Positions 13,245 through 25,998 of a stretch of DNA of 64,000 nt are shown piece after piece. The stretch covers positions 62,001 through 126,000 of the forward strand of contig MCFH01000035.1 in NCBI GenBank assembly GCA_002104945.1, in the 5' to 3' direction. Made by a program: the position numbers and the translations under genes. Every line of letters starts with the position of its first letter. Position 1 is the stretch's first letter. Under the pieces are notes generated by a model that was not told the origin of the DNA, did no database searches, and saw nothing but the letters and a program-made list of their open reading frames with translations. Source of the stretch: Piromyces finnis finn. Taxonomy: Eukaryota > Fungi > Neocallimastigomycota.

Positions 13245-14080
13245 TTGATATTATTTTTATATATTATTTATTATAATATATTCAATACATATTCTTTATA
13301 CTCTATTGAAATTGATGATAATACTAGTTTTTATAGCTTGAATACTACTGATATTATTGACAATAATATAAAAATATATACGTATGATAATATTACTGAG
13401 TGTGAAATAAAAAATCAATTTATTTATTCAAGTAATAATATTATAAGTAAAAAAATGTATTAAAAATCATAGGAAGTAGTGACAGTTATTTTTGCAAAAA
13501 TGATAATTGTGTTCTTGTAGATAATTTTCTTAAACATTTTTTTATTGAATTTCCAGATGAAAACAAAAATAATAAATTATATATTTTACCTGTAAGAGAT
13601 TTAACATTTGAAAATATCACTTATCAATATAATTGTATTGATAATATTTGTGTTTCAGCTTATTGCTCTTCTAATTCACAATGTTTATATGATAAATGTG
13701 TTAATAATAAATGTATTCATAATAAAGATGTATCTGTTGTTCATTGTACTTATGTTATTGATAAATTTCTTGGTATGGAAAAAACACCTTCATATATGCA
13801 TTGTGGAATACAAGATGGTGAATCATGCAATTCTAATAAAGAATGTTCATCTAAATTATGCAAAAATCAAATATGTCTAAACGATTATATTGAAATTTCT
13901 GATTCCACTGGTACAAAATATACAATATTTATATGCGTTATAATGTATGCAATTATTATACTTACTATTACATGTTTTTGTTGTTGCATATTTCCAAAAA
14001 AGAAAAAATATATTGTAGGAGGTTTAATGTTATTTATTGGTTATATAATTATAGATTATTGGAAATTATTTTTTAATTAA
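13245..14080 (+). pseudogene. Cys-rich single-pass membrane protein gene with a frameshift and no clear in-frame ATG (pseudogene or assembly indel)
   Basis: The first ORF (..ECEIKNQFIYSSNNIISKK) shifts frame at the A7 run at 13449-13455. It continues as NVLKIIGSSDSYFCKNDNC..YCSSNSQCLYDKCVNNKC..HCGIQDGESCNSNKECSSKLCKNQIC, then a TM (TIFICVIMYAIIILTITCFCCCIF) and PKKKK. Confidence 0.6.
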
Positions 14081-15174
14081 AACAAAATATTTCATAAATA
14101 TATATTTATAAATAATTCTTTATTAGTATTATATTATATATAAAATATACACAAAAATAAAAATATAAAATATATTTTAGAATTAGAATTTTATAAACCA
14201 ATATTATATCTCAAGATAATATTTTAAAAGTTTATATAATTAAAATATTTTTTATAGTAAAATAATCTTATGTATTTATTTAATTTAATGACACATAATT
14301 ATATATATTATATAAATATGCGTTATATCCCTATATATATGCTAATGAAAATAAAGATATAATAAAAAATAAAGCTATTCATTAAAATATAACACTATAT
14401 TATTAGAAAAGAATATTATAAAATTAGAATTTATATAAAAAAAAAAGAAAAGTTTGTAATAATTATTTTTAATAATTCTTTTGGGTGTTTTTTTTTTTTT
14501 ATAAATTCTCTTGATCATGAATAAAAGAATTTTTTTTATTTTTTAAAAACTATATTCTTGGCATTTTAAAATGTGGGTTAGAAATGAATGTTTATTGAAT
14601 TATTAACACTTTTTAGATGATTATTTTATTAATAGTACATACGTACGTGCACATTTTAAAATATTCCATGAAATAAGTGACTCTGTAAACCTTTTTATAT
14701 AATATAGAAATAATAATTATATTGACCTTCAATCTAAATAACCTCTTAATAAATATTTATCAAACTTTAATTATACTAATTGTTGTGACCGGCATATTTA
14801 ATAGCATTAATTTTTTTTATTGCTGAAAAGGATTTAATAAGACTTGAAATAACTTTATAATTTTTTTTTTATTTTATTTATATATTACCTTAAATTTCTT
14901 CAATTAGAAAAAAAGTTAATATATAAAATAAATATTGCTTAAATATTATCTATAATAATTAAATTGAATTAACATTATAATAAAGTAATAACTAGGCATG
15001 AGTTTGAAAGAAACAAAGTTTTAATATAATTCATTTATTTTTATATTTTTTTTTTTTTAATTTTTCAAAAATCATAGGTTAGTATGCACAACATGATGTA
15101 TATTTTCATTGAAACAAATAATTTTATTTATAAGGCATCTATTGTTAATTAATAATATATCATTGTTGTTTTAC

Positions 15175-15541
15175 AAGTACAATATATATATATATATAAA
15201 GAAGTAATTAAAATATTAATAATTGTTTATAATTATTATCATTTTTTATTATTAATTTTTCATTTCAAGTTCTCTTTAACTAATTATTAATTATTATAAG
15301 TACAATATATATATATATAAAGAAGTAATTAAAATATTAATAATTGTTTATAATTATTATCATTTTTTATTATTAATTTTTCATTTCAAGTTCTCTTTAA
15401 CTAATTATTAATTATTATAAGTACAATATATATATATATATAAAGAAGTAATTAAAATATTAATAATTGTTTATAATTATTATCATTTTTTATTATTAAT
15501 TTTTCATTTCAAGTTCTCTTTAACTAATTATTAATTATTAT
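15175..15541. repeat. Three tandem copies of a ~122-bp unit
   Basis: Units start with aagtacaata at 15175, 15298 and 15419 and are identical except for the length of an internal (TA)n (123/121/123 bp). Confidence 0.95.
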
Positions 15542-16391
15542 ACGAAAATTAGTGCTAGACTGTACAACTAATAAATTTGATATATGCTAAAAATAAAGAT
15601 CTAATAAAAATGATATGTGTGGATAAAATAGAAATTTCTTTGTGTGTTATTATTATTATTAATTATTTTAATTATTAAATATATTATATTAATTATTAAT
15701 AAAAAAATTGAAAGTAATATGATATACTTTGACATAAACAAATCAATATCCTATATATCAAACAGTAATTATAAAAACAAATCAATGTCCTATATATAAA
15801 TAAAGTGAAACTAAAAAGTATTCCCTGATTAATTTGACATATTAATTTTTTTTTTTAAAAAAAAAAAAAAGAAAAATCTATGAATTTTAATTTAAAAGTT
15901 TAGGAGATGTTTTTTTTTTTTAAAAATTTTTATATTAAAAATGTTTTATAATTTTTTATCTAAATTAAGGAGAAAATTTAGGTAAAATAAAATGTTTTAT
16001 TAAGAGGAAATAAAAAAAAAAGAAAAAAGAAGAACCAATAATAAATTGTATTAGCATCTATTAATATATTTTTTTAATAAATAATAGAAAATATTATGTT
16101 TAAATGTCATTACTGAAAATGTTTGTTTTGAATGGAGCTCTGAAAATAAAGTTAAACTTATTGATTCTAAATGTTAGTGTGTAAATTATTAAAAAAAAAA
16201 TGAAATGGAACATTTTCTTTTCTTTTCTAAATAACACCTAACTATTTAATTTTTCTATTTAAAAGAAAAAAAAAAAAAGTTGATTCTTTTTTTGAATTAA
16301 TTTAAAAAAAATAATTAATATAACATATATAACGTAAATAACATAACATAAAAGTTAAATAAATAAATAATATAAATCTAACTTTTTAAAC

Positions 16392-16436
<45 letters not shown>

Positions 16437-16567
16437 AAATATTATAATATATATCTATATATAGAATTATTGTCACAATATATACATAAATCTATATTTT
16501 TTTAATATTATTAAATGTTAAAATAATGTATATAGAAATGAATGTCGTTATCACATGGATGGTTTAA

Positions 16568-16616
<49 letters not shown>

Positions 16617-17452
16617 TTTTAATCTTAAAAATTAAATAAAAATACATTTAAAAAGAAAATCAAGCATTGTTGTTTTATACTTTAAATATTATATATAATA
16701 TTTGGAGTTAATATTGTTTCTTTAAGAAAAAAAAAAAAGTATTGTATTTTTATGAGATAAGCACAAAAAATTAAAAAGTTCATTCTTAACAAATTAATGC
16801 CTAAACTATTAAACAACAATGTCGATTTTTTTATATTAATAATATTGCTTAAATACTTATAATAGTTAAATTGAATTAGCATTATTATAATAAAGGAATA
16901 ATTTATCATAACTAATTAGGCATGAATTTGAAAGAAAAAAATTTATATTTTTTTTTGAACATTAAAAAGTAAAATAATAATAAAAGTTAATTTAAATAAT
17001 TAAAATATCTAATGTTTAAATGAAACATTTAAAAATGAAAAATTTGAAATTTAAAAATTCATTAGAATATAAAAATATGATATATTTTAAAGGGATTAAT
17101 AAAACCTTTTTATAATAATTTAATATTTTAATTTCTTTTAAAAAGTCGTTTCAAAAGAACCTTTTAATTGAATTCTAGTTATTTATTTATTTTCATTTTC
17201 ATCAACTTAGAAAGCTTTTTATTGGAGGTCTTATCATCTTTAAGAAAGAATAAATTTTACTGCATAATATTTATCTTTGTCCAAATTTTTAAATAAGATT
17301 TTTTTTTTAACTTCCGAGTGCATATCTCCCATCCATCAGAATATGCCTCATATTCTGATAAATATTCAATGGTGGTTTTTAGAGAAATTTTTAAGTACGG
17401 AATGATTTCTTGAAATTTATTAAATAAAATTTATGGAATAATAAGATGAAAG

Positions 17453-17581
17453 TTTATTTAAAAATAGTAAAGTTATAAGTTCCCATATACCATAAATTTT
17501 GATACTTTACCTTAATTTTATTTTTTAACTTTACTATTTTTAAATAAAGTATTAAAATTTATGGTATATGGGAACTTATAA
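17453..17581. repeat. Two interleaved inverted repeats (A-B-spacer-A'-B')
   Basis: 17473-17509 vs 17545-17581 is a 37-bp inverted repeat with 1 mismatch. 17453-17475 vs 17526-17548 is a 23-bp perfect inverted repeat. Confidence 0.9.
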
Positions 17582-18031
17582 AGAAATTATTGATCTATAT
17601 TTAATGAAACAATGAAAAACTTTTTATTTAAAAAGGAAATTCTTTAAAGATATTTAAAATTTATAAAATTCTCAAAAAATAATTTTAGATTATTAAATTA
17701 TATGTTTTATAATTTTTTTTTTTAATTAGCTTATTATGCCGTTTATTTGGTTTTTAAATAACCTTTTATTGCGCAGTACCATGTATTAAAATTAAAAATA
17801 TCTTGTAGTTTTTCTTTTCCTTTTAACTTATTTTTTATTTAATTTTATTAAATGGAAATTTGTATTTTAATATTTATTACATTTTTTTTAAATCTTTTAC
17901 TAATTAATATTAATTATTGATATTCATCTAACCCATATATTAAATCAATAGTGTATTTAAAAATATTTATTTGTTTTCTGTATTTTATAAAAATTTAATT
18001 TTTTTTTTTCTATAGACATTATAAAGAATTT

Positions 18032-19936
18032 ATGATAATGGCATCATTGCAATATTTTAGTAAACCTTTAAATCAGTTTAAATTCTCATTCATCAGGAAT
18101 TTATCGTCATGTTATCAAGCTGTCACTAAAAATAAAAAATTTAATATTGATTATCAAATCTATATAAGTAAATTTTAAAATGAAATTTTTAGCATTTTTA
18201 TTATAATAACAAAATAAACAATTTACTACTAATTAATATCAATATAAATTAATTAGTAAATTATTTTAATATATTTATATAATTATTTCATATTAAGGAC
18301 AAAAAAAATGTTAATATATATTATTTATTTTTATAAATACAAATAAAGAGAAAAAATTAGATTCAAAAATCATTTCTCCATTTCATGACATTCCATTATT
18401 AGCAAATGAAAAAGAAAAAATATATAATATGGTCGTTGAAATTCCACGTTGGACTTCAACTAAATTTGAAGTAAGGAATTCATAAATCAACACTATATAT
18501 TTTTTTAAATAAATATATATTCTGAATAACAAACTAAATATCAATTACAAATATAAATTTAATTTTCAGATTAATAAAAGTATCAAATTAAATCCAATTT
18601 CATATGATTTAAAGAAGAATAACTTAAGATACGTTCCAAATTGTTTTCCATATCATGGATATTTATGGAATTATGGTGCAATCCCTCAAGTATTTATTTT
18701 GATTAATTTTTATATTTCATATAATAATATTTGTCTTTTTTTTTAAACCAAAACAAAAAAAAAACTCTTTTTATTTTGTATTTTTAATATATAATAAAAT
18801 ATATCGATTAAAATAATTGAAAGACTTGGGAAAATCCAACTTTAAAAAATAAAGATACTCAAACTTATGGGGATAATGATCCACTTGATATTATTGAGAT
18901 AGGTCAAAAAATTGCTAAACAAGGTGAAGTTAAACAAGTCAAAATCCTTGGAGTTATGGCATTTATTGATGAAGGTGTGAACTTTATATAATATTTATTG
19001 TTATTATTGTATTTAATCATTAATTTTAATTTATTTAAATATATATATATATAAAAGGTGAAACGGATTGGAAACTTATTGGTATTGATATTAATGATCC
19101 AATGTCTTCAAAATTAGATGGTAAATATTATTTATATAAAATATAGAATATAATATTAAAATGCATCAATTTGTACTAAAATTAATAAATACATATTTAT
19201 ATATTAAAAGATGTTGATAGCATTAAAAAATATTGTCCAGGTTTTATTGAAAATACTAGAAGATGGTTTGAAATTTACAAAATTCCAGATGGAAAACAAA
19301 AAAATATTTTTGTTTTTAATGGTGAATTTAAAAATAAGGAATATGCAAACAATGTTATCCATGAAGCTCATTTAGAATGGAAAAAATTAATTACTGGAAA
19401 AATTCCAAACAAAACTGATAAATATGATATTAATGTGTAATTTTTTCTTTTTTTTTTTTTTTTTTTATTTCTTCTTTTTATATTATAGTAATAGGATATC
19501 TTAACAATTAATAGTAGGACTATTTATATTTTAAATATAATTCCAAAGTTTAACATTATACCATTTATTTATATATTTAGTGAAAATACAACCTTAGATT
19601 ATAGTCCATATAAAGTTTCTCCAGAAAAGATTGTTAATGCTAATGAATTGGTATTTTTTTTTTTTTATAATTTTAAATATATATAGTTAAAAAAATATAT
19701 ATATATATATTGTGTAATATTAATATCTATGTATTTCTTAATACTATATGGTATTCTAAATAGACTGATTTTGTTGGATCAGAAAATGTTAATAGAGGTA
19801 AAATAGATATAAATATTTAATATTATACAATAATATTTTATTATTTTATAAAAAAAAAAATTATCTAATCGTATTCATTTTCATTCTTTTTTTTTTTTAA
19901 CATTCAGAACCTGAGGAATGGTCATACGTTGAATAA
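18032..19936 (+). CDS. IPP1: Family I soluble inorganic pyrophosphatase with N-terminal presequence-like extension, multi-exon
   Basis: Motifs [70 protein letters not shown] and [11 protein letters not shown]. Leader [25 protein letters not shown]. Confidence 0.93.
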
Positions 19937-20916
19937 CAACAACAACAACAATAACAACAACAACAGCAACAGCAACAAGAATAAAAGCCAATATTCAAAT
20001 TTATAATAAAATATAAATTGTTAAAAAAAAAAAAAAAAAGAATAAATTCAAAGAATCAATATTAAAAAACAAAAAAATAGTTAATGAATTAAATTGAACT
20101 ATAGATATTAAATATTCATATATATATTTTTTTCTCTTTTCCTTTTTTTTTTTTTTAATTCGTATATTAGTATATTAAAATTGCTTAAAATAATTTATTT
20201 TAAAAAAAAAGTAAAAAAAAAAAAAAAAAATTATAAATAATAAAAAATTTTATTATTAAACGTTGGTCATCTTTTTTTTAAACTTTCTTTTTTTCATCAT
20301 TCTATTCATTTTTTTTTTCAATATACAAGAATACTTATATATATATTTTAATTATTTTATATTTATTTTATTTTTTTTCTTTTACTTTTTATTTATTTTT
20401 GCTTCTACTATGTAGTACTAAATATGAATTGTAAAATATTGTTAAATCATAGAAATCAATTTTACTTTATATAAATTTTTAAGAGGAGAGAAATTTGGCC
20501 TTTTATTGATGATTTTTTTTTTATTTTTATAAAAAGATAATATTATTCATTATAGTTACTGATTTTTTTTTTATTAAATTGAATTTGCTATTGAATCAAG
20601 TATCCATATTGATTCATCATATTTCAATGATGCTTAAAATACTATTATATTAAATTAAGGTGTGTATATGTATGTCAAATAAATTTATTAAAAGACAAAA
20701 CATACACATAAAATAAATAAAGGTGTTTTAACTAATAAAAATAATATATAAATAAGAAGAATATATATATTTTTACTTTATATTATTTCTCATTTATATA
20801 AATATTAATTTTTATTAGTTTTATTTGTTTTTTTCTTTTTTATACAAATCTTTTGTTCTATAATTAAAAAGAAAATAACTGTGTATGAATTTATAAATAC
20901 AGATATATTAAGCTGT

Positions 20917-22721
20917 TTATTGGAAGAAAGATAAGTTCATACCAACTTTATGAACATTTTCACCTAATCTTTGAGTATCGAAACTACCACCAACACTAAC
21001 TCTTACACCATTGTCAAGGTTTTGAGTGTATCCAAGACCAAGTCTACCGTTCATATCAATCTTAGCCTATAATATTTTATAATTAAATATATTATTATTT
21101 TGTTGTTCCATTTTTTAAGTAAAACATTTAATATACAAACGAGATTAAACATTTGTTATCTCATTTTATTTCTAGTATAAAAAAAATATTTTTTTTTACC
21201 TTAACAAAGGCATCCTTGTTAAGAATGTATCTGGTACCGAATTCAATGTTAACTGGTCCAGCACTGCTCTTGTTCCAAGTAGCCTTAGTACCAGCTTCAA
21301 GTTCTGGCTTAATTTTGTGGAAGTATGAGGCAGCATAAGTGTTGAAACCTTCAAAACTATTTAAACAGATTTACAAATTTTTTTAAAATGAAAATTATTA
21401 TTACTTTAATCAAGTATTATTAATATATATTTATATTTGCAATTTAATCTTACGCTTGTAAAGCTAAACTGTATTCTGGAGTATTGTAAGCAACACCAAC
21501 ATTATAGCGAGTAAGCTTAGAGTCTCTTAAGTTGTAAGAAGCGTCACCACCAACAAGAACACCATTTTGGCTTTTTACATTAACATTTTTATTTTATATT
21601 AGCATTCTATTTATATTTTAAAAATTTATATCTTTATAATACTTACTGAATACAGAAATCAGCATTGACAGTTGGTCCCTTGAATAAATCAATGTTACAA
21701 CGAGAAAATATGTTTCTCTTCTTGTAATCAGCAGCAACTCTAGCATTCTTATTACTGTTTTTGTATTATTTATTTATTTAAAATAAAATAATGTTAATTT
21801 TTTGTTATTTTTTATTTTATTATACGAATTATTTGATAAAAACATTCATTATTAAATTTACCCGTTAGTTGGATTGAAAGAACCACTAACTTCTAATCTT
21901 AAACCTGGAGAAAGAGTATTACAGAATTCAATAGTAGAACTAAGAACATTGTTTGAATTCCAACCTTCACTGAAAATAACACCTATTTAATATAATATTA
22001 TTGTTTATAAATATTAATTGTTTGATTATTATGTATAAACATAATATTTTAACACTTCAATTATATTTACCATGAACTTTATCGTGATATCTAGTTCTCA
22101 TTTCACCAGAAATAGCACCAGTCTTTGAATCTCTTAAACCGTTAACAGAGAAATTCTTTTTTTTTTTTTAATAATTATTATATATTTAATTTAAGTAATT
22201 ATTGCTATAGTATTTTATTTATTTCTAAATTTAAATATTCTTATATATTTGATAATTTTATAATTTTATACTTACAACACCGGTAGAAGTAACAGATTTG
22301 GCATCTAATCTAATTCCATTAGTTGGGTAATCAGCACCTAAAAGGACATTGATAGATTTACCGACTTCTCTAAAAGCAAGTGGGCGGAAAATTGGTGGTG
22401 GTGGAATCTATAATAATTTACATTTTATGAATTAAATATTTTATAAAAAGTTTAAAATCTACTACATTTATTATTCATTTTATTTCTTTTAATTAAATGA
22501 TGTTAATTTTCAATACAAATAACAATAAAAAGTTTATTGTTATTTGTATTTTAATTTATTTTTATTTTGAAAATTTGTAAAAATAATAAAAGAAAAAAAC
22601 ATTTTACCATTGGCTTTCCAGCTGGCTTGTCCATAGCTGGAGCACTTGATGGTGGTGGAGGATTACCACCAACAACAAATTGTTCAATTTTTGGTGCTTT
22701 ATCTCTTTTAAATCCAAACAT
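20917..22721 (-). CDS. VDAC: Voltage-dependent anion channel (mitochondrial/hydrogenosomal outer-membrane porin), multi-exon, with Pro-rich N-terminal extension
   Basis: Spliced product has the N-helix PLAFREVGKSINVLLGADY followed by alternating beta-strand segments, and ends with the typical AKIDMNGRLGLGYTQNLDNGVRVSVGGSFDTQRLGENVHKVGMNLSF. Confidence 0.88.
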
Positions 22722-23172
22722 CTTTAATCTTTACTTTAATATAATATGAGAAAAAAAAGTGTAAGAAAAAAATTTTTTTAAATTTAATCAATATAGATAT
22801 TATTAAGAGAATATATTTTGATATATTATTAGTATTCTGAAATATATTAGATAATTGAAAAAAATCTAACAAAAATAGATTAAAATCAATATTTGCATAT
22901 ATTATATATATATTATATATAAATATATTTATTTTTTTTAATATTGATTTATAATTATAATAATTATAATATATGATTAATATATAATATGAAAAGATGA
23001 ATATTTATATATTTATATTTCAATAGAGGTTATAGGATAATTATTTTCTTTCTAGCTAGCTAGCTAGGTAATAATTAATTCGTTAAGCATTATGATACTA
23101 TTGAATTATAAAATATGAAGGAATTTTTAGAGGAAATAAAAAATAAGATTTGCTAAAGGTTAATAAAAAAGA

Positions 23173-23236
23173 AAAATATAATAAATTATTATCAAGTTTT
23201 ATAATATTAAAACTTGATAATAATTTATTATATTTT
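23173..23236. repeat. Perfect 29-bp inverted repeat with 6-nt loop
   Basis: 23173-23201 pairs base-for-base with 23208-23236 (core ttatcaagtttta / taaaacttgataa). Confidence 0.9.
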
Positions 23237-23769
23237 CGAATTATCTGAAATATTTTCAAAATAAACAAAAGTTTTAATTTTGTTTTACTTCAAGGTGGTA
23301 TCAATAGCAGTTATTTCCTTTAAAAAATAAAGATATTTTAATTTTATTATTAAATATTTATACCAACAAAAACTATTAAAACTGAACTGATTAATTGTGC
23401 CAATAATCAATTTTTTTTTTTTTTTTAAATTTTGTTTATGAAAATCAAACTTTTACTTTATTGGTTAAGATACTATTTTTTAATAATTTTTTGACATTTA
23501 TCAATGTAAAGAGTTTATCTCTATTCTTAATAAATGTGTACATTCATATAATGTTTACATATTAATTTATTTTAATAATAATTAATAATACTAAGTAAAA
23601 AGGAAAAAAAAAAGTTGTTATTCATGAAAAAAGTGATAAAAATATGCGTTTAAATAATATTTCTTAAATATTGTTTGTAATTATTATTAAAGTAATAAAT
23701 AATTATATATAATATTGGTAAAAATAATTTTAAATTTTGGATCATATATTAACAAAAATTATTTAAAGG

Positions 23770-23926
23770 AAAGTGATATAAACCTAAATTATTATGATGA
23801 ATTAATATTTATTCTAGATTTTTTTAGCTTTTTTTTGAAAATTTCCTGATATAAAGTCTGGCTAAAATCCCAAAAAACTAAGATAAATATTACTTCATCA
23901 TAATAATTTATGTTTTATATCACTTT
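23770..23926. repeat. ~44-bp imperfect inverted repeat enclosing ~70 bp (MITE-like)
   Basis: aaagtgatataaacctaaattattatgatgaattaatatttat (23770-23812) vs the reverse complement of 23883-23926, with about 3 differences. Confidence 0.7.
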
Positions 23927-24124
23927 TCTATAATTTTTTTTGGCTATATGTAAAAATTTAGTGCTAGAATTTAGCTTCTATTATTATATCCAATCCAATC
24001 ATTTTTATTGTATATATATAAGGAATAATAATAAAAATTTAATATCGAAAATAATTTTACATTTTATAATTAACCTTATTATTTTCTGAAAATAAAATAA
24101 TTTGAAATTTAAATTCTATATACA

Positions 24125-25165
24125 ATGGCAGCATTAAATAATTTAAAAAATTGCTCATTAAAATTATTAAATAATACTACAAAAAATGTTATAGCTACCC
24201 AGTGCTTATCAAGAATTCCATTATTATCTGTTCCATGTAAAATTAATGTTTCAAAAAGATCTTTATTTACTTCAAACCTAGCAATTAAAAATAATTTTAA
24301 TGTCAAACAAAATATTTTCAACTTAAAGCAAGGTACTTTTGAGATAGAGATTAAATAAATATATATAAGTATAATAATTATATTTAAAATAAATCTCATT
24401 TTAAATAAGTCTCTATTTATATATTATTATTAACAACACTAACATTTTTAATTAATTAATAAATTGTGAAGCTCGTAGTATGTTTATTGATGTTGGTAAA
24501 TATTATAAAGCTATACTTTTTATAAATATCTTTTTCTTTTTATAATATAATATATGAAAGAATGAAGTGACGTGTATATTAAATATAAAATTTTTAAAAT
24601 ATTATTAAAAGATGCTACACCAAATGTCAATACTTTAAAATTCAAGCCAAAAGGAGCAACTATTTTACCACAAAATCAAACTATGGAATTTTTAAGTTTA
24701 GAAACTGCAAGTGAAACTTCTCCACTTGCTGAAGAATTAATGGAAATTGAAGGTGTTCAATCTGTTTTATTTGGTAGTGATTTTATTTCAATTACAAAAG
24801 AATATGATGCTGAATGGCAAATGTTAAAACCAGATGTTTATGCAATTATTGCTGATTATATTGAATCAGGTGATCCAATATTATCAAATACAGATGGAAA
24901 AGTTAAACCAGTTACTCACACTAAGAAAGACAATGAAAATAGCACTGTTAATGAAATAAAAGAATTAATTGAACATAGAATTAGACCATCAATTCAACTT
25001 GATGGTGGTGATGTTGAATATGTTGATTATATAGATAATGTTGTTTATGTAAAATTATTAGGTGCTTGCCGTTCCTGCAGTATGGCTGAACTTACTTTAA
25101 AACAAGGCATTGAAAACATGTTAAAGCATTACATTCCTGAAATTAAGAGTGTTGAAAAAGTTTAG
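24125..25165 (+). CDS. NFU1: NFU1 iron-sulfur cluster carrier with presequence, 3 exons
   Basis: RSMFIDV|DATPNVNTLKF N-terminal domain. NifU C-domain IKELIEHRIRPSIQLDGGDVEY with the CxxC motif LGACRSC. Basic N-terminal leader. Confidence 0.95.
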
Positions 25166-25998
25166 AATATTACCATTTATTCCTTAAATAATAATTATAG
25201 AAATATGTTCTCCTAAAAAAACAAAAATCAAAGATACCAAATGATATTCCTAAAAATAAAATGTTTATATATAATAATAAATAAAAAAAAAAATAATATT
25301 ATAAATGAAATAGTTAAATAAACTAAGAAATTATTGTCAAATCACAAATTAAAAAAAAAAAAAAAAGATTATAAGAAAAATAAAGTACGTATTTCATATT
25401 AAAAAAAATCAATAACATTGAGAAGAAATTAGATATTTAATAGAACAAAAAGTAATAAATAATTAATAAATAAATAAACAAATAAATAAATTAGATATTA
25501 TTTAACAGAATTTAGCCATCCTATATTGAATTATAATTTTAGAATCGTTAAAGATGTAGTATAGTTGATTTAGTTATTAATGAAAAATTACTATATATAT
25601 TCAGTTTATATTATAATCTTTATTTAAATTTTAATACAATTAAACTCAATTTAATTTTTTCTTTTTCTTTTTGTTAGTATAGTTTTATTTTATAGTTTGG
25701 TTAATATATTTTAGTTTTATTTATTTATTTATTTATTATAGAGTAACATAAAATTAAATAATGTGTTTTTCTTTCTTTTTTTTTTTCTTTTTAAAAAAAA
25801 AAGACTAAAAAATCTTTAATAAAAGGGTGATAAAAACTCTAACCTCTATTAATATATATTACAGAATTTAAAATAATAATAATATTAATAATAATAATAA
25901 TAATAAAAAAAAAACTTGTTTTATTTTAAACATAATTTATAATAGAATTATTCATTATTAATCATCATTTTTTATCAATCTCTGTGTTTAGCAAGATT

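Noticed and set aside
17230-17420. Slightly GC-richer patch with an 11-bp hairpin (17335-17359) and a broken minus-strand reading containing YYAVKF
   Set aside because: Frames are interrupted and too short to call a kinase or transposon relic. There is no tRNA/snoRNA structure.
20917-22721. Tom40 as an alternative identity because of the Pro-rich N-terminus
   Set aside because: The N-helix and C-terminal strands match the VDAC pattern, and Tom40 signature segments were not seen.
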